This document shows, piece after piece, positions 1 to 8,695 of a DNA stretch of 64,000 bases. The stretch is from positions 120,392-184,391 of the forward strand of contig CAWEMW010000004.1 in assembly GCA_963810295.1 (NCBI GenBank), given 5' to 3'. A model generated the notes under the pieces. That model made no database searches. It was given only the letters and a program-made list of their open reading frames with translations, and had not been told where the DNA came from. The translations under genes and the position numbers were made by a program. The stretch comes from an uncultured Actinomycetes bacterium. GTDB lineage: Bacteria; Actinomycetota; Thermoleophilia; Gaiellales; Gaiellaceae. How positions within the stretch are numbered: position 1 is the first letter of the stretch; every line of letters starts with the position of its first letter.

Positions 1-1374
1 GCGATCGAGCTGTTCCACGAGGTCGGCGATCGGCTGGCCGAAGGAGGCTGCCGCGCTCGGCTGACCATTCCGTGCATCACGGCCGGCCGGAACGACGATG
101 CCGAGGCTGCCAGCCGCTCGGCGATCGCCCTGTTGGAGTCGCTTCCGCAGAGCCGCGAGCTCGGGATCGCCTACGCGGCCCAGGCCTACGCACGCATGCT
201 CAGCCGCGACAACGCCGAGGGCGTCGCCTGGGGTGAGAAGGCCGTTGCCGTCGCGGAGGCGCTCGACGACCGGGATACCCTGGCATTCGGGCTGAACATG
301 ATCGGCTGCTCGTACCTGATGGCCGGGGAGACGGAACGCGGTGTCGACGACCTGCTCCGGAGCCTCGCGGTCGCCCGGGAGGCAGGGCTGGAGTGGCGGA
401 TCAGCTCGGCGTTCAGCATGCTCGGGTCGGGGCTCGGGGAGATGTACGAGCTCGAGCGCTCCGAGCGGTACCTGCGCGAGCACATCGCGTTCGCCGAGGA
501 GCACGATCTCTGGCCGCAGTACGCCCGCTCGTGGCTGGCGCTCGTCGACGTCTACGGCGGTCGCTGGGAGAGCGGAACCGCGCTCGCACACGACGTGCTC
601 TTGCAAGCACACGAGCCGATCACTCGCATCAGCGCGCTCATTGCGATTGGTCGCGTGCGCGCGCGACGCGGAGACCCCGGTGCCGACGAGGTGCTCGACG
701 AGGCGCTCGAGGTCTCGCTCCCGGGCGGGCATCTGCAACGGCTCGGGCACGTCCACGCGGCACGGGCCGAGACTGCATGGCTGGTGGGCGATCGGGAGCG
801 AACGGTGGCCGAGGCCCAGGCTGCGTATCCGCTCTCGCTCGAGAAACGCCACCTGTGGTTCGCGGGCGAGCTCGCGTACTGGCAGTGGAAGGCCGGCTTG
901 CTCGAGACCTGGCCCGATTGGATCGCCGAGCCGTACCGGCTGCAGCTCGCGGGCAAGGCCGGTCGCGCGTCAGAGGCGTGGAGGGCGCGCGGCTGCCCCT
1001 ACGAGGCCGCACGTGCGCTCGCCGAGGCCGACGACGTCCCGTTGCTTCTCGAGGCGCTCGGTGAGCTCGAGCGCCTCGGCGCGGCGCCGGCCGCCCGCGC
1101 CGTCAGGAAGCGGCTGCGCGACCTCGGCGCTAGTGTGCCGCGCGGCCCGCGACCCGCAACGCGCGCGAACCCCGCCGGCCTGACGACCCGGGAGGTCGCC
1201 GTGCTGCGACTCGTCGCGGCCGGGAATCGGAACGCCGACATCGCCGCGGAGCTCGTCGTCTCCGTGCGGACGGTCGATCACCACGTGGCGTCGATCCTGC
1301 GCAAGCTCGATGTGCGCTCGCGCGGCGAGGCTGTCGCGGCCGCCGCGGGGCTGGGTGTGCTCGAGGTCGACTGA
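1..1374 (+). CDS. Large ATP-binding LuxR-family (LAL/MalT-like) regulator, 5'-truncated by the window edge
   Basis: Frame +1 is open from base 1. TPR-like helical repeats, then a C-terminal LuxR HTH (LTTREVAVLRLVAAGNRNADIAAELVVSVRTVDHHVASILRKL). Confidence 0.9.
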   Translation, partial: AIELFHEVGDRLAEGGCRARLTIPCITAGRNDDAEAASRSAIALLESLPQSRELGIAYAAQAYARMLSRDNAEGVAWGEKAVAVAEALDDRDTLAFGLNMIGCSYLMAGETERGVDDLLRSLAVAREAGLEWRISSAFSMLGSGLGEMYELERSERYLREHIAFAEEHDLWPQYARSWLALVDVYGGRWESGTALAHDVLLQAHEPITRISALIAIGRVRARRGDPGADEVLDEALEVSLPGGHLQRLGHVHAARAETAWLVGDRERTVAEAQAAYPLSLEKRHLWFAGELAYWQWKAGLLETWPDWIAEPYRLQLAGKAGRASEAWRARGCPYEAARALAEADDVPLLLEALGELERLGAAPAARAVRKRLRDLGASVPRGPRPATRANPAGLTTREVAVLRLVAAGNRNADIAAELVVSVRTVDHHVASILRKLDVRSRGEAVAAAAGLGVLEVD

Positions 1375-1413
1375 GGCCGGTGGGACTGCGCGCGCGACCG
1401 CCCTCGGAGGATC

Positions 1414-1444
1414 GGAGCGGACGGCCCTGGCGACCGTCCGCTCC
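1414..1444. terminator. GC-rich hairpin between convergent genes
   Basis: Perfect 11-bp inverted repeat GGAGCGGACGG / CCGTCCGCTCC between the stops at 1374 (+) and 1497 (-). Confidence 0.55.
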
Positions 1445-1496
1445 CTCGTTCCCCCCGCACGGAGTCAGCGGGTCACCATGTCCTCGAGTCGCGCGC

Positions 1497-2018
1497 CTAC
1501 GACGGGCACGACACGCTCGGGTTCCACGGCTGGAGCCAGCCGGTCGGGTTCTTCTTCCAGATCCACGCGTGCAGCGCGTAGAACGGCTTGAGCCCGAACG
1601 GGTTCGTCGTGATCAGGGCGAACTGGCGTCCGAACAGCTTGGGCGCCTTGCTGTTCCCGGCGTCGTGCCACGCCTTCCGGTCGACGACGTACTCGACTGC
1701 GACCAGCTTGAGCGAGTCGCCCCGGGGCTCGTAGACGAGCGCCTCGGGCGAGCGCAGCTTGATCGCGCTGTCGAGCAGCGCCGGGTTGACCATGTGGACA
1801 CCCATCCCGCCGGCCGGGTCGGCGATGCACGACTTGGCCCCGTTCGCGGGTGTGGTCTTCAGCTCGACCTTGTAGCCGGCCGCCTTCGCCTTGGCGAGCT
1901 GGGCGAAGGACGCGGTCGCCTGCTTGGCGGCCGCTCGCTCGTTCGTCGAGTCTGCGAGCGCCGTCCCGGCAACGACCAGGAGCACCGCGCCCAGTGCTGC
2001 AACTGCGATCAGTCTCAT
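1497..2018 (-). CDS. Secreted hypothetical protein, paralog A (GMGxH / PExLxYE / LHxWxWKxNP family)
   Basis: Signal peptide MRLIAVAALGAVLLVVAGTALA, GGAG-type RBS, and motifs shared with the upstream paralog. Confidence 0.85.
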   Translation of the reverse strand: MRLIAVAALGAVLLVVAGTALADSTNERAAAKQATASFAQLAKAKAAGYKVELKTTPANGAKSCIADPAGGMGVHMVNPALLDSAIKLRSPEALVYEPRGDSLKLVAVEYVVDRKAWHDAGNSKAPKLFGRQFALITTNPFGLKPFYALHAWIWKKNPTGWLQPWNPSVSCPS

Positions 2019-2051
2019 GCTGCTGTCTCCTCGTTTCGATGGAAGGTGGGC

Positions 2052-2573
2052 CTACGGGCAGGTGACCCGCGGGTTCCAGGGGCTGAAGATTCCGAGCGGC
2101 TCGCTCGGGTTCGGCTTCCAGATCCACGCGTGGAGCGTCCACACGTTGACGCCCGGGTTGCCGAAGCGCCCGAGGTTCGTGTCGGCAAACTCCTGTCCGA
2201 ACAGCTCGGGCTGCTGCCCGCCGGCGACGACGTACTCGACGCCGATCAGCTTGTAGCTCCCGGCGTTCCGCTTCTCGTAGAGCAGCACCTCCGGCTCGGT
2301 CGCCACGAGCGTCCCGTCCAGGCGGTCCTGGAGGAGCAGGTGGATCCCCATCGCGCCTGCGCCACCCAGGTCCGTGATGCACGTCCCGCCGCCGAACTCC
2401 GCGGTCTGCTCGAGCTCGACTTCGTCGTGCGCAGCCTTGGCGACCTCGATGTCATGGTATGCCGCCGTCGCAGCCCTGACTTTGGCCAGCTCGGACTGGC
2501 CACCGGCTGCGTAACCCGCCACGGCGAGCAGCGGCAGCACGAGCAGGATCGGGATCACGAATCGCTTTCTCAT
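2052..2573 (-). CDS. Secreted hypothetical protein, paralog B
   Basis: Start MRKRFVIPILL follows GAGGAGG. Signal peptide present. Motifs CITD..GAMGIH, PEVLLYE, LIGVEYVV, PELFGQ, LHAWIWKPNP and WNPRVTC match paralog A. Confidence 0.85.
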   Translation of the reverse strand: MRKRFVIPILLVLPLLAVAGYAAGGQSELAKVRAATAAYHDIEVAKAAHDEVELEQTAEFGGGTCITDLGGAGAMGIHLLLQDRLDGTLVATEPEVLLYEKRNAGSYKLIGVEYVVAGGQQPELFGQEFADTNLGRFGNPGVNVWTLHAWIWKPNPSEPLGIFSPWNPRVTCP

Positions 2574-2583
2574 GTCTTCCTCC

Positions 2584-2877
2584 TCAGGCTGCAACCGGCG
2601 CCGGGTCGGGTCGCACGACGACCGTGTCGGCGGCCTTCACGATCTCGTCGACGGGCAGGTCCGCCGCGCTCGCATGGCGCCTGATCGCCTCCGGGCTCGA
2701 AGCCTGGTAGATGCAGACCGTGCCGACGCTCCCGTTCGGCTCAGCGGTCACGTAGCTGCGGATCCAGCGGACGTCGTCCCGCATCCGCTCGCCCTCTGCG
2801 GTCGAGCGTGCCGCTGCCCCTCGCAGGTCGTCAGCGGTGCGCCACCCTTCGCGCCGCATGATCACGTAGGTCTCCAT
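2584..2877 (-). CDS. DUF4242-domain small protein (SCO4226-like dimeric alpha/beta barrel)
   Basis: Motifs VRWIRSYV, GTVCIYQASSPEAIRRHA and LPVDEI. RBS GAGGAGG upstream. Confidence 0.8.
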   Translation of the reverse strand: METYVIMRREGWRTADDLRGAAARSTAEGERMRDDVRWIRSYVTAEPNGSVGTVCIYQASSPEAIRRHASAADLPVDEIVKAADTVVVRPDPAPVAA

Positions 2878-2966
2878 TCCCGCCTCCTCACGCCGTTGAC
2901 GAGAACGAGGCTAGGCCGCTACGGCGGAACCGAAATCGGTGGAATTACCTACTTTTGTGCCGGCTG

Positions 2967-5594
2967 TTACCGATCTTCGAGCAACGCGAGGCGACCCGCA
3001 GCCGCTACCGCCTCCCCGCGCGTGCGCGCGTCCAGCTTGCGCAGGATTGCCGACACGTGATGGTCGACGGTGCGTCGCGAGAGGACGAGCCGCCCTGCGA
3101 TGTCCGCATTTCGCAGGCCCTCGGCGATCAGCTGGAGCACCTCGAGCTCGCGGGTTGTCAGCTCCGCGTCGTTCGCGCGCGTCGTTGCGCGCGCGCCTCG
3201 CGGGACGTCGCGGACACCGAGCTCACGCAGTGCTCGGGCGACGATCGCCGCCAAGGGGCGGCCACCGAGACCTTGCAGCTGAGCGTGCGCCTGTCGCAGC
3301 GCGTTCACGTCGCCCGTCTGCGAGAGCGCAAGCGCCGTCTCGTAGGGGCAATGCAGCTTCGTCCACTCGCCTGCGGCCTCCTGCCAGCGGTCGGAGAGCG
3401 CAAGCGCGTAGGGTCCCGCGCCGTCGACCCGCACGTCGATGTCGAGGCCTGCGAGCCTCCGCCAGAAGAGGAGTCGCGGGACCGCTTCCGAGTCCCCCAG
3501 TTCGACGGCGACGGCGAGCGTCGCAGCGGTTGCGGCGTCGGCCTCGTTCACTGAGCGCTCGAGCCATGCAACCTCCGCGCGTGCCGCCGCCAGATCCACA
3601 TGGGCGAAGCGCTCCTCGGCAGGGACGCCGACGGCGGCCGCATCCGCGAGCGCGTCACGCGCGCCCGGGTCGCCACGCCGCGCGCGCACGAGCGCGAGGA
3701 CGCATAGCGCCTCATGGTGCGTCCACGGCGATTCTCGTGGGTCATCGATCACGGCGCCGGCATGCCGTACGGCGTCGTCCCAGCGTCCGCGATCGAGCGC
3801 CCAGCGGGCTGCGACCGCGCGTACGTGGATCCGCCACAGGTCCTGTGTGTGCTCGGTGCAGTACTCGATCGCCTCATCGATGTACTGCTCGACGAGGTCG
3901 TGCCGGTCCCACGGCATCGGTTGAGAGACCAGGGCATTCAGACCCCGTGCTGCGATCTCGTGCTCGCCGTCTCGTCGGGCGGCGTCCACCGCGTCCTGGA
4001 TGAGGCGCAGCCCGCTGTCGAGGTCGCCGTGTGCTGTGGCGCTCCCGATGGTGACCCGTGCGTGACCCGCGATGCCGGCGTCCCCGAAGCGATCGCCGAT
4101 CGCGAGCGCCCGACTGGCGCGCTCGATGCACCCCGCGACGTCACCGCTGTACAGGGCTCGCAGAGCCTCGGTGTGGAAGACGTACGCGTGCTCGCGCTGC
4201 TCGGGTCGTCCAGCCGCCAGCTGCGCTGCGCGCGAGACGGTTTGGTCCGCCTCCCTGTAGTAGCCTCGGCACCAGAGGTAGTCCGTGAGCTCGGTGAGGG
4301 CGCGGGCCTCCTCGAGCGGGGCCTCCTGCTCCTGCCGGCACCGGATCGCCTCTCGAATGACGTGGATCGCTTCCGTCTGGTCGTCTGCGAGGTAGCACGC
4401 CCGCGATCGGCCCTCGAGGAGCTCGGCTCGCTGTCCGGGGGTGAGATCGCCCGCGAAGCGGAGCGCCCGCCCGTACTGGCCCGCTGACTCGCGATACGCG
4501 CCGACACCCGCAGCCTGCTCGGCTGCCGCTGGTGCGTAGCGCAGCACGGCCTCGACGTCGGCCGCCTCCTCGGCGTGGTGTGCGATCCGCGCGAGATCGG
4601 CATCGCCCCGCTGGAGGTCGGTGAGGGCCAGCAGCACGGATCGATGCAGTGCCAGGCGCCGAGCTGGGGAGAGCGCAGCTTCTAGAGCTGCGCGCGACAG
4701 CTCGTGGCGGAACGCCACGCCGCCGTCGACAGTGTGCAGGACGCCGCTCGCGAGGCACTCGTCGACGGAGTCGGCCGCTTCGCCGCAGACCGCGAGGAGG
4801 AGCGCAGCGTCGAGCGACGGCGGCGCGATTGCGGTCGCCTCGACCACCGCAGTCGCCTGCGGGCCAAGGGGTACGACGCGTGCAAGTACGAGGTCACGCA
4901 CGGTGGCTGGAATCTCCTCCGCTCCGTGCGCGAGGAGCTCCCTGAGGTAGAACGGATTGCCGGAAGTGAGGCGCCAGGCGGTCTCGACATCGGTGCCGGT
5001 TCCGTCGGTGAGGAGTGCGACGCCCTCGCGCGAGAGCGGCCGGACAGGGAGTCTGTCGACGGCCTCGGCGGTCGAGAGGTCTCCGAGGGCGACGCGGAGC
5101 GGATGGTCGCGCGCAAGCTCATCGTCCCGGTAGCTGACGAGCACGAGGCACGCCGTCGTCGCAACCCTGCGACCGAGCAGCCGTAGGACGTCGAGCGTGC
5201 CCTCGTCCGCCCAGTGCGCGTCCTCGACGACGACGACGGTCGCATCGCGTCGCTCGCCCGGCTCCTGGAGCATCGACGTCACGGCGTTGGCCGCGCTCCA
5301 CGGGTCGATGGGTGCATCGATCGCAGCGCCCGCGCGCTCAGCCATCTCGATGAACGGACCGAGCGGGCGCGGTGTCGCCAGCGGGTCGCACCCACCCCAC
5401 AGGACGGTCGTCCCGGCCGGGAGCTCGTCGCAGAACCGCCGGACGAGAGACGTCTTGCCGACGCCGGCTTCGCCGCTGATGAGGACGAGACGCCCGTGAT
5501 CGGCCGCGGCGCCGGAAAGCGCCTCACGCAGATGCGCAAGCGACTCGTCGCGCTCGAGGAGGATTTCGGTCGACGCTGACTCGATGATCGCCAT
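2967..5594 (-). CDS. Large ATP-binding LuxR-family regulator (AAA ATPase + TPR + HTH)
   Basis: LLERD start motif, Walker A GEAGVGKT, Walker B VVVVEDAHWADEGT, SGNPFYLREL, and C-terminal LuxR HTH. Confidence 0.92.
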   Translation of the reverse strand: MAIIESASTEILLERDESLAHLREALSGAAADHGRLVLISGEAGVGKTSLVRRFCDELPAGTTVLWGGCDPLATPRPLGPFIEMAERAGAAIDAPIDPWSAANAVTSMLQEPGERRDATVVVVEDAHWADEGTLDVLRLLGRRVATTACLVLVSYRDDELARDHPLRVALGDLSTAEAVDRLPVRPLSREGVALLTDGTGTDVETAWRLTSGNPFYLRELLAHGAEEIPATVRDLVLARVVPLGPQATAVVEATAIAPPSLDAALLLAVCGEAADSVDECLASGVLHTVDGGVAFRHELSRAALEAALSPARRLALHRSVLLALTDLQRGDADLARIAHHAEEAADVEAVLRYAPAAAEQAAGVGAYRESAGQYGRALRFAGDLTPGQRAELLEGRSRACYLADDQTEAIHVIREAIRCRQEQEAPLEEARALTELTDYLWCRGYYREADQTVSRAAQLAAGRPEQREHAYVFHTEALRALYSGDVAGCIERASRALAIGDRFGDAGIAGHARVTIGSATAHGDLDSGLRLIQDAVDAARRDGEHEIAARGLNALVSQPMPWDRHDLVEQYIDEAIEYCTEHTQDLWRIHVRAVAARWALDRGRWDDAVRHAGAVIDDPRESPWTHHEALCVLALVRARRGDPGARDALADAAAVGVPAEERFAHVDLAAARAEVAWLERSVNEADAATAATLAVAVELGDSEAVPRLLFWRRLAGLDIDVRVDGAGPYALALSDRWQEAAGEWTKLHCPYETALALSQTGDVNALRQAHAQLQGLGGRPLAAIVARALRELGVRDVPRGARATTRANDAELTTRELEVLQLIAEGLRNADIAGRLVLSRRTVDHHVSAILRKLDARTRGEAVAAAGRLALLEDR

Positions 5595-5689
5595 CGTTGG
5601 ATCCTGACGAGATCCGTCGACGGCCACAACCCGGAGAGCCCAGCAGAACGGCGATACGATCGTCGAGGAGCGAGCGAAGGAGCGTGGAT

Positions 5690-7045
5690 ATGACCATCGT
5701 CGAGGCGAACCCGAACCTCGGTGCCCAGATCGTCGCGGACGCGAAGGAGCACGTCCTCTACTCGTGGTCGGTGCAGAGCCAGATCAACCCGATTGCCGTC
5801 GCCGGTGCCGATGGGCGCCACTTCTGGGACTACGACGGGAAGCGCTACCTCGATTTCGCCTCGCAGCTCGTCAACGTCTCGATCGGCCACCAGCACCCGA
5901 AGATCATCCAGGCGATCAAGGATCAGGCCGATCAGCTCTGCACGATCGGGCCGCCGATGGCGAGCGAGTCGCGCTCGCGGCTCGGCCGCATGATCGCGGA
6001 GATCACGCCCGGCGATCTCTCCGTCTCGTTCTTCACGAACGGCGGTGCGGAGGCAAACGAGAACGCCGTCAAGTTCGCACGCCTCGTGACCGGACGGCAC
6101 AAGATCGTCGCGCGGTACCGCTCGTACCACGGGGCGACGAACGGCGCCGTCACGCTCACCGGCGACCCGCGGCGCTGGGCCGTGGAGCCCGGCATGCCGG
6201 GCGTGGCGAGGATGCTCGACCCGTACACGTACCGGTGTCCCGCTGGGCATCCCGATCCCTGCCCCGTCTGCACCGGCGCGCCGCACTTCGAGGAGATCCT
6301 CGAGTACGAAGGCCCGCAGACGGTCGCCGCTGTGATCCTCGAGACGGTCGTCGGGACGAACGGGATCATCCCGCCGCCGGATGGCTATCTCCAGTCGATC
6401 CGCGAGGTCTGCGACCGGCACGGGATCCTGCTCATCCTCGACGAGGTGATGGCGGGCTTCGGCCGCACCGGCCGGTGGTTCGCGTGCGACAACTGGGACG
6501 TCGTCCCCGACATCCTCACGGTCGCGAAGGGCATCAACTCGGGCTACGTCCCGCTCGGCGCGATGATCGCGCGCGGGGAGCTCGTCGACCAGATCCGCGA
6601 CCGGTTCTTCCCCGGCGGGCTCACCTACGCGGGGCATCCGCTCGCCTGTGCGTCGGCGGTCGCGTCGATCGAGGCATTCCAGGAGGAGCGGATCGTGGAG
6701 AACGCCGCGGCTATGGGGGAGTGGTTCGGCGAGGCCCTCGGCGGCCTGGCGGAGCGCCACCCGTCGATCGGCGACGTGCGCGGGCTGGGCTGCTTCTGGG
6801 GCATCGAGCTCGTCAAGGACCGCAAGACGAAGGAGATGCTCGTCCCGTACAACGCGGCCGGCGACGCTGCGGCGCCGGTCGCACGGCTCGCGAAGGCCGC
6901 GCTCGACCGGGGCCTCTATCTCATGACGCACTGGAACGTGGTCATGGTCGTCCCCCCGCTCACGATCACGCGCGACGAGGCGGAAGAGGGCGTGGCGATC
7001 CTCGACGACGTCCTCGCGCTCGCGGACGAGCACGTCGAGGACTGA
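5690..7045 (+). CDS. Class III PLP-dependent aminotransferase
   Basis: YLDFASQ, FFTNGGAEAN, DEVMAGFGRTG and DILTVAKG (PLP lysine). AAGGAG RBS before the ATG at 5690. Confidence 0.92.
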   Translation: MTIVEANPNLGAQIVADAKEHVLYSWSVQSQINPIAVAGADGRHFWDYDGKRYLDFASQLVNVSIGHQHPKIIQAIKDQADQLCTIGPPMASESRSRLGRMIAEITPGDLSVSFFTNGGAEANENAVKFARLVTGRHKIVARYRSYHGATNGAVTLTGDPRRWAVEPGMPGVARMLDPYTYRCPAGHPDPCPVCTGAPHFEEILEYEGPQTVAAVILETVVGTNGIIPPPDGYLQSIREVCDRHGILLILDEVMAGFGRTGRWFACDNWDVVPDILTVAKGINSGYVPLGAMIARGELVDQIRDRFFPGGLTYAGHPLACASAVASIEAFQEERIVENAAAMGEWFGEALGGLAERHPSIGDVRGLGCFWGIELVKDRKTKEMLVPYNAAGDAAAPVARLAKAALDRGLYLMTHWNVVMVVPPLTITRDEAEEGVAILDDVLALADEHVED

Positions 7046-7060
7046 GCGCCGCCCGGTCTC

Positions 7061-7831
7061 TCAGCCGGCGAGGAACACCCTGATCGCCTGGGCGGTCTCG
7101 TCGAGCGCGTCCCACAGGACGGTGTGGCCCCCGGGAACGGTGACGACCTCGAGCATGTCGCCGAGCGCCTCACGATGCGCGTCGAGGAGATGGTCGTAGG
7201 GGAGGTACGAGTCGGCGCCCAACACGACGAGCGTCGGCATGCGCACGGCCTCGAAGCCCGTCGGGGGTGTCCCCATCTCGGCATACGCGGTCACGACCGC
7301 AGCCTGCGTGTAGCGATACCGCCAGCTGCCGTCCTCCTCGGCGAGATGTCCACGCAGCTCGTCCTCGACCAGCCCGCGCGGGGCTCGGTGCAACTGACTC
7401 TCGTCGTACCGGCGGTCGATCGCCTCCTCGAAGCTCGCATAGCGACGCTCGGGTCGCGCGTTCTCGGCGCCCCACAGCGCCACATGAGGTGGAAGGAAGA
7501 TCGCCGGGTCCAGCAGCACGAGACGCTCCACCGCCTCGGGGACTCGCGCCGCTTGCTCGAACGCGAGACGGCCGCCGAACGAGTGCCCGAGCCAGACCCG
7601 AGCCTGGCTCTCGACCGATCCCGTGATGCTCTCCAGGTGGTCGTCGATCCGCCACGGTGGCTCGCGCGGAGACTCGCCGTGCCCGAGGAGATCGGGCGCG
7701 AGGACACGGTGCGTCGCCGCGAGGCGAGCGGCGAGCGCGCCGAAGTGCCCGCCCCAGGCGGTCACGCCGTGTAGGCAGACGATCGGCGGTGCGCCGTCGT
7801 CACCCCACGAGTGGACGTGAAGCCGCCTCAC
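7061..7831 (-). CDS. Alpha/beta-fold hydrolase
   Basis: CLHGVT oxyanion motif, DLLGHG, nucleophile elbow GHSFGG and C-terminal GGH. GTG start chosen at 7831. Confidence 0.85.
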   Translation of the reverse strand: MRRLHVHSWGDDGAPPIVCLHGVTAWGGHFGALAARLAATHRVLAPDLLGHGESPREPPWRIDDHLESITGSVESQARVWLGHSFGGRLAFEQAARVPEAVERLVLLDPAIFLPPHVALWGAENARPERRYASFEEAIDRRYDESQLHRAPRGLVEDELRGHLAEEDGSWRYRYTQAAVVTAYAEMGTPPTGFEAVRMPTLVVLGADSYLPYDHLLDAHREALGDMLEVVTVPGGHTVLWDALDETAQAIRVFLAG

Positions 7832-7930
7832 GCCGCCGTCGCCGGGCGTCTCGGCCGGCCCGATGCGGCGCCTGCGAGCGCTTCTGAGGCGCAGCGAGCG
7901 AGGCCGCACCGCGAGGCCGACAGGCGTCCA

Positions 7931-8021
7931 CCGACATCGAAAACGAGCCGAAGGCCGACAGCGGTCCGCCCCCCGACATCGAAAACGAGCCGAAGGCCGA
8001 CAGCGGTCCGCCCCCCGACAT
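7931..8021. repeat. Perfect 42-bp tandem repeat, 2 copies plus 7 nt
   Basis: CCGACATCGAAAACGAGCCGAAGGCCGACAGCGGTCCGCCCC at 7931-7972 and 7973-8014, then CCGACAT. Confidence 0.95.
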
Positions 8022-8095
8022 GGGGGTGCGCGACCCCCTGGAGTCACGGTATCGGGGAACCCGTGCCGTGACTGTGCCGCCTTCGTGCCGAGTTT

Positions 8096-8185
8096 GTGCC
8101 CGGCGCGCTCGTGTCGCCCACGCTCTGGCCCGCGGCACTCGTGTCGTCCACGCTCGTGCCCGGCGCACTGGTCTCGGCCGCGCGC
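8096..8185. repeat. Degenerate 30-bp tandem repeat, 3 copies
   Basis: GTGCCCGGCGCGCTCGTGTCGCCCACGCTC / TGGCCCGCGGCACTCGTGTCGTCCACGCTC / GTGCCCGGCGCACTGGTCTCGGCCGCGCGC. Confidence 0.75.
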
Positions 8186-8224
8186 GTGGTCGCCGCCCCG
8201 AGGCGGGCTGCGGGCACGGAGCGC

Positions 8225-8695
8225 TCACTCCTGGTCGTGGAGTGTCTCGAGCGACCCTGGCACCAGCTCCGTTCGGCGCGTGTCGATGTCCTTCACGAGC
8301 GACCAGATCACCGTTCCCTCCTGGTCGATGAGGAACGTGCCGCGGATCGGCGAGCCGGTCTCGTCGTTGAACACGCCGTAGCGCTTCGCCGCGGCGCCAT
8401 GCGACCAGAAGTCGGACGCAAAGGTGTACTCCGCGCCGAGTTGCTCCTTCCAGGCCTGGCGCGCAGCGGACGCGTCGCACGACACGAACACGATCTCGGT
8501 GTTCGCGTTGCGAAACGACTCGAGGTTCTCCTGGAGGTCCATCGCTTCCTCGGCGCAGACCGCGGTGAACGCAAAGGGGTGGAAGACGAGCAGAACGTTC
8601 GACCGTCCGCGGAAGTCGGAGAGCCTGATGCGAGGCTGTCCGGCAGCTTCCTCGAGATCGAACTCCGGCGCCGTGTCACCGGTCGCGATCGTCAC
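8225..8695 (-). CDS. Peroxiredoxin (AhpC/TSA, AhpE-like)
   Basis: GDTAPEFDL, peroxidatic motif FHPFAFTAVC, FASDFW and RGTFLID. GGAGGAGG RBS before the GTG at 8695. Confidence 0.88.
   Translation of the reverse strand: MTIATGDTAPEFDLEEAAGQPRIRLSDFRGRSNVLLVFHPFAFTAVCAEEAMDLQENLESFRNANTEIVFVSCDASAARQAWKEQLGAEYTFASDFWSHGAAAKRYGVFNDETGSPIRGTFLIDQEGTVIWSLVKDIDTRRTELVPGSLETLHDQE

Noticed and set aside
7931-8021. CRISPR mini-array or RiPP precursor (MSGGGPLSAFGSFS x2)
   Set aside because: The repeats are contiguous with no spacers, there are no cas genes, and no RiPP tailoring enzymes or convincing RBS are nearby.
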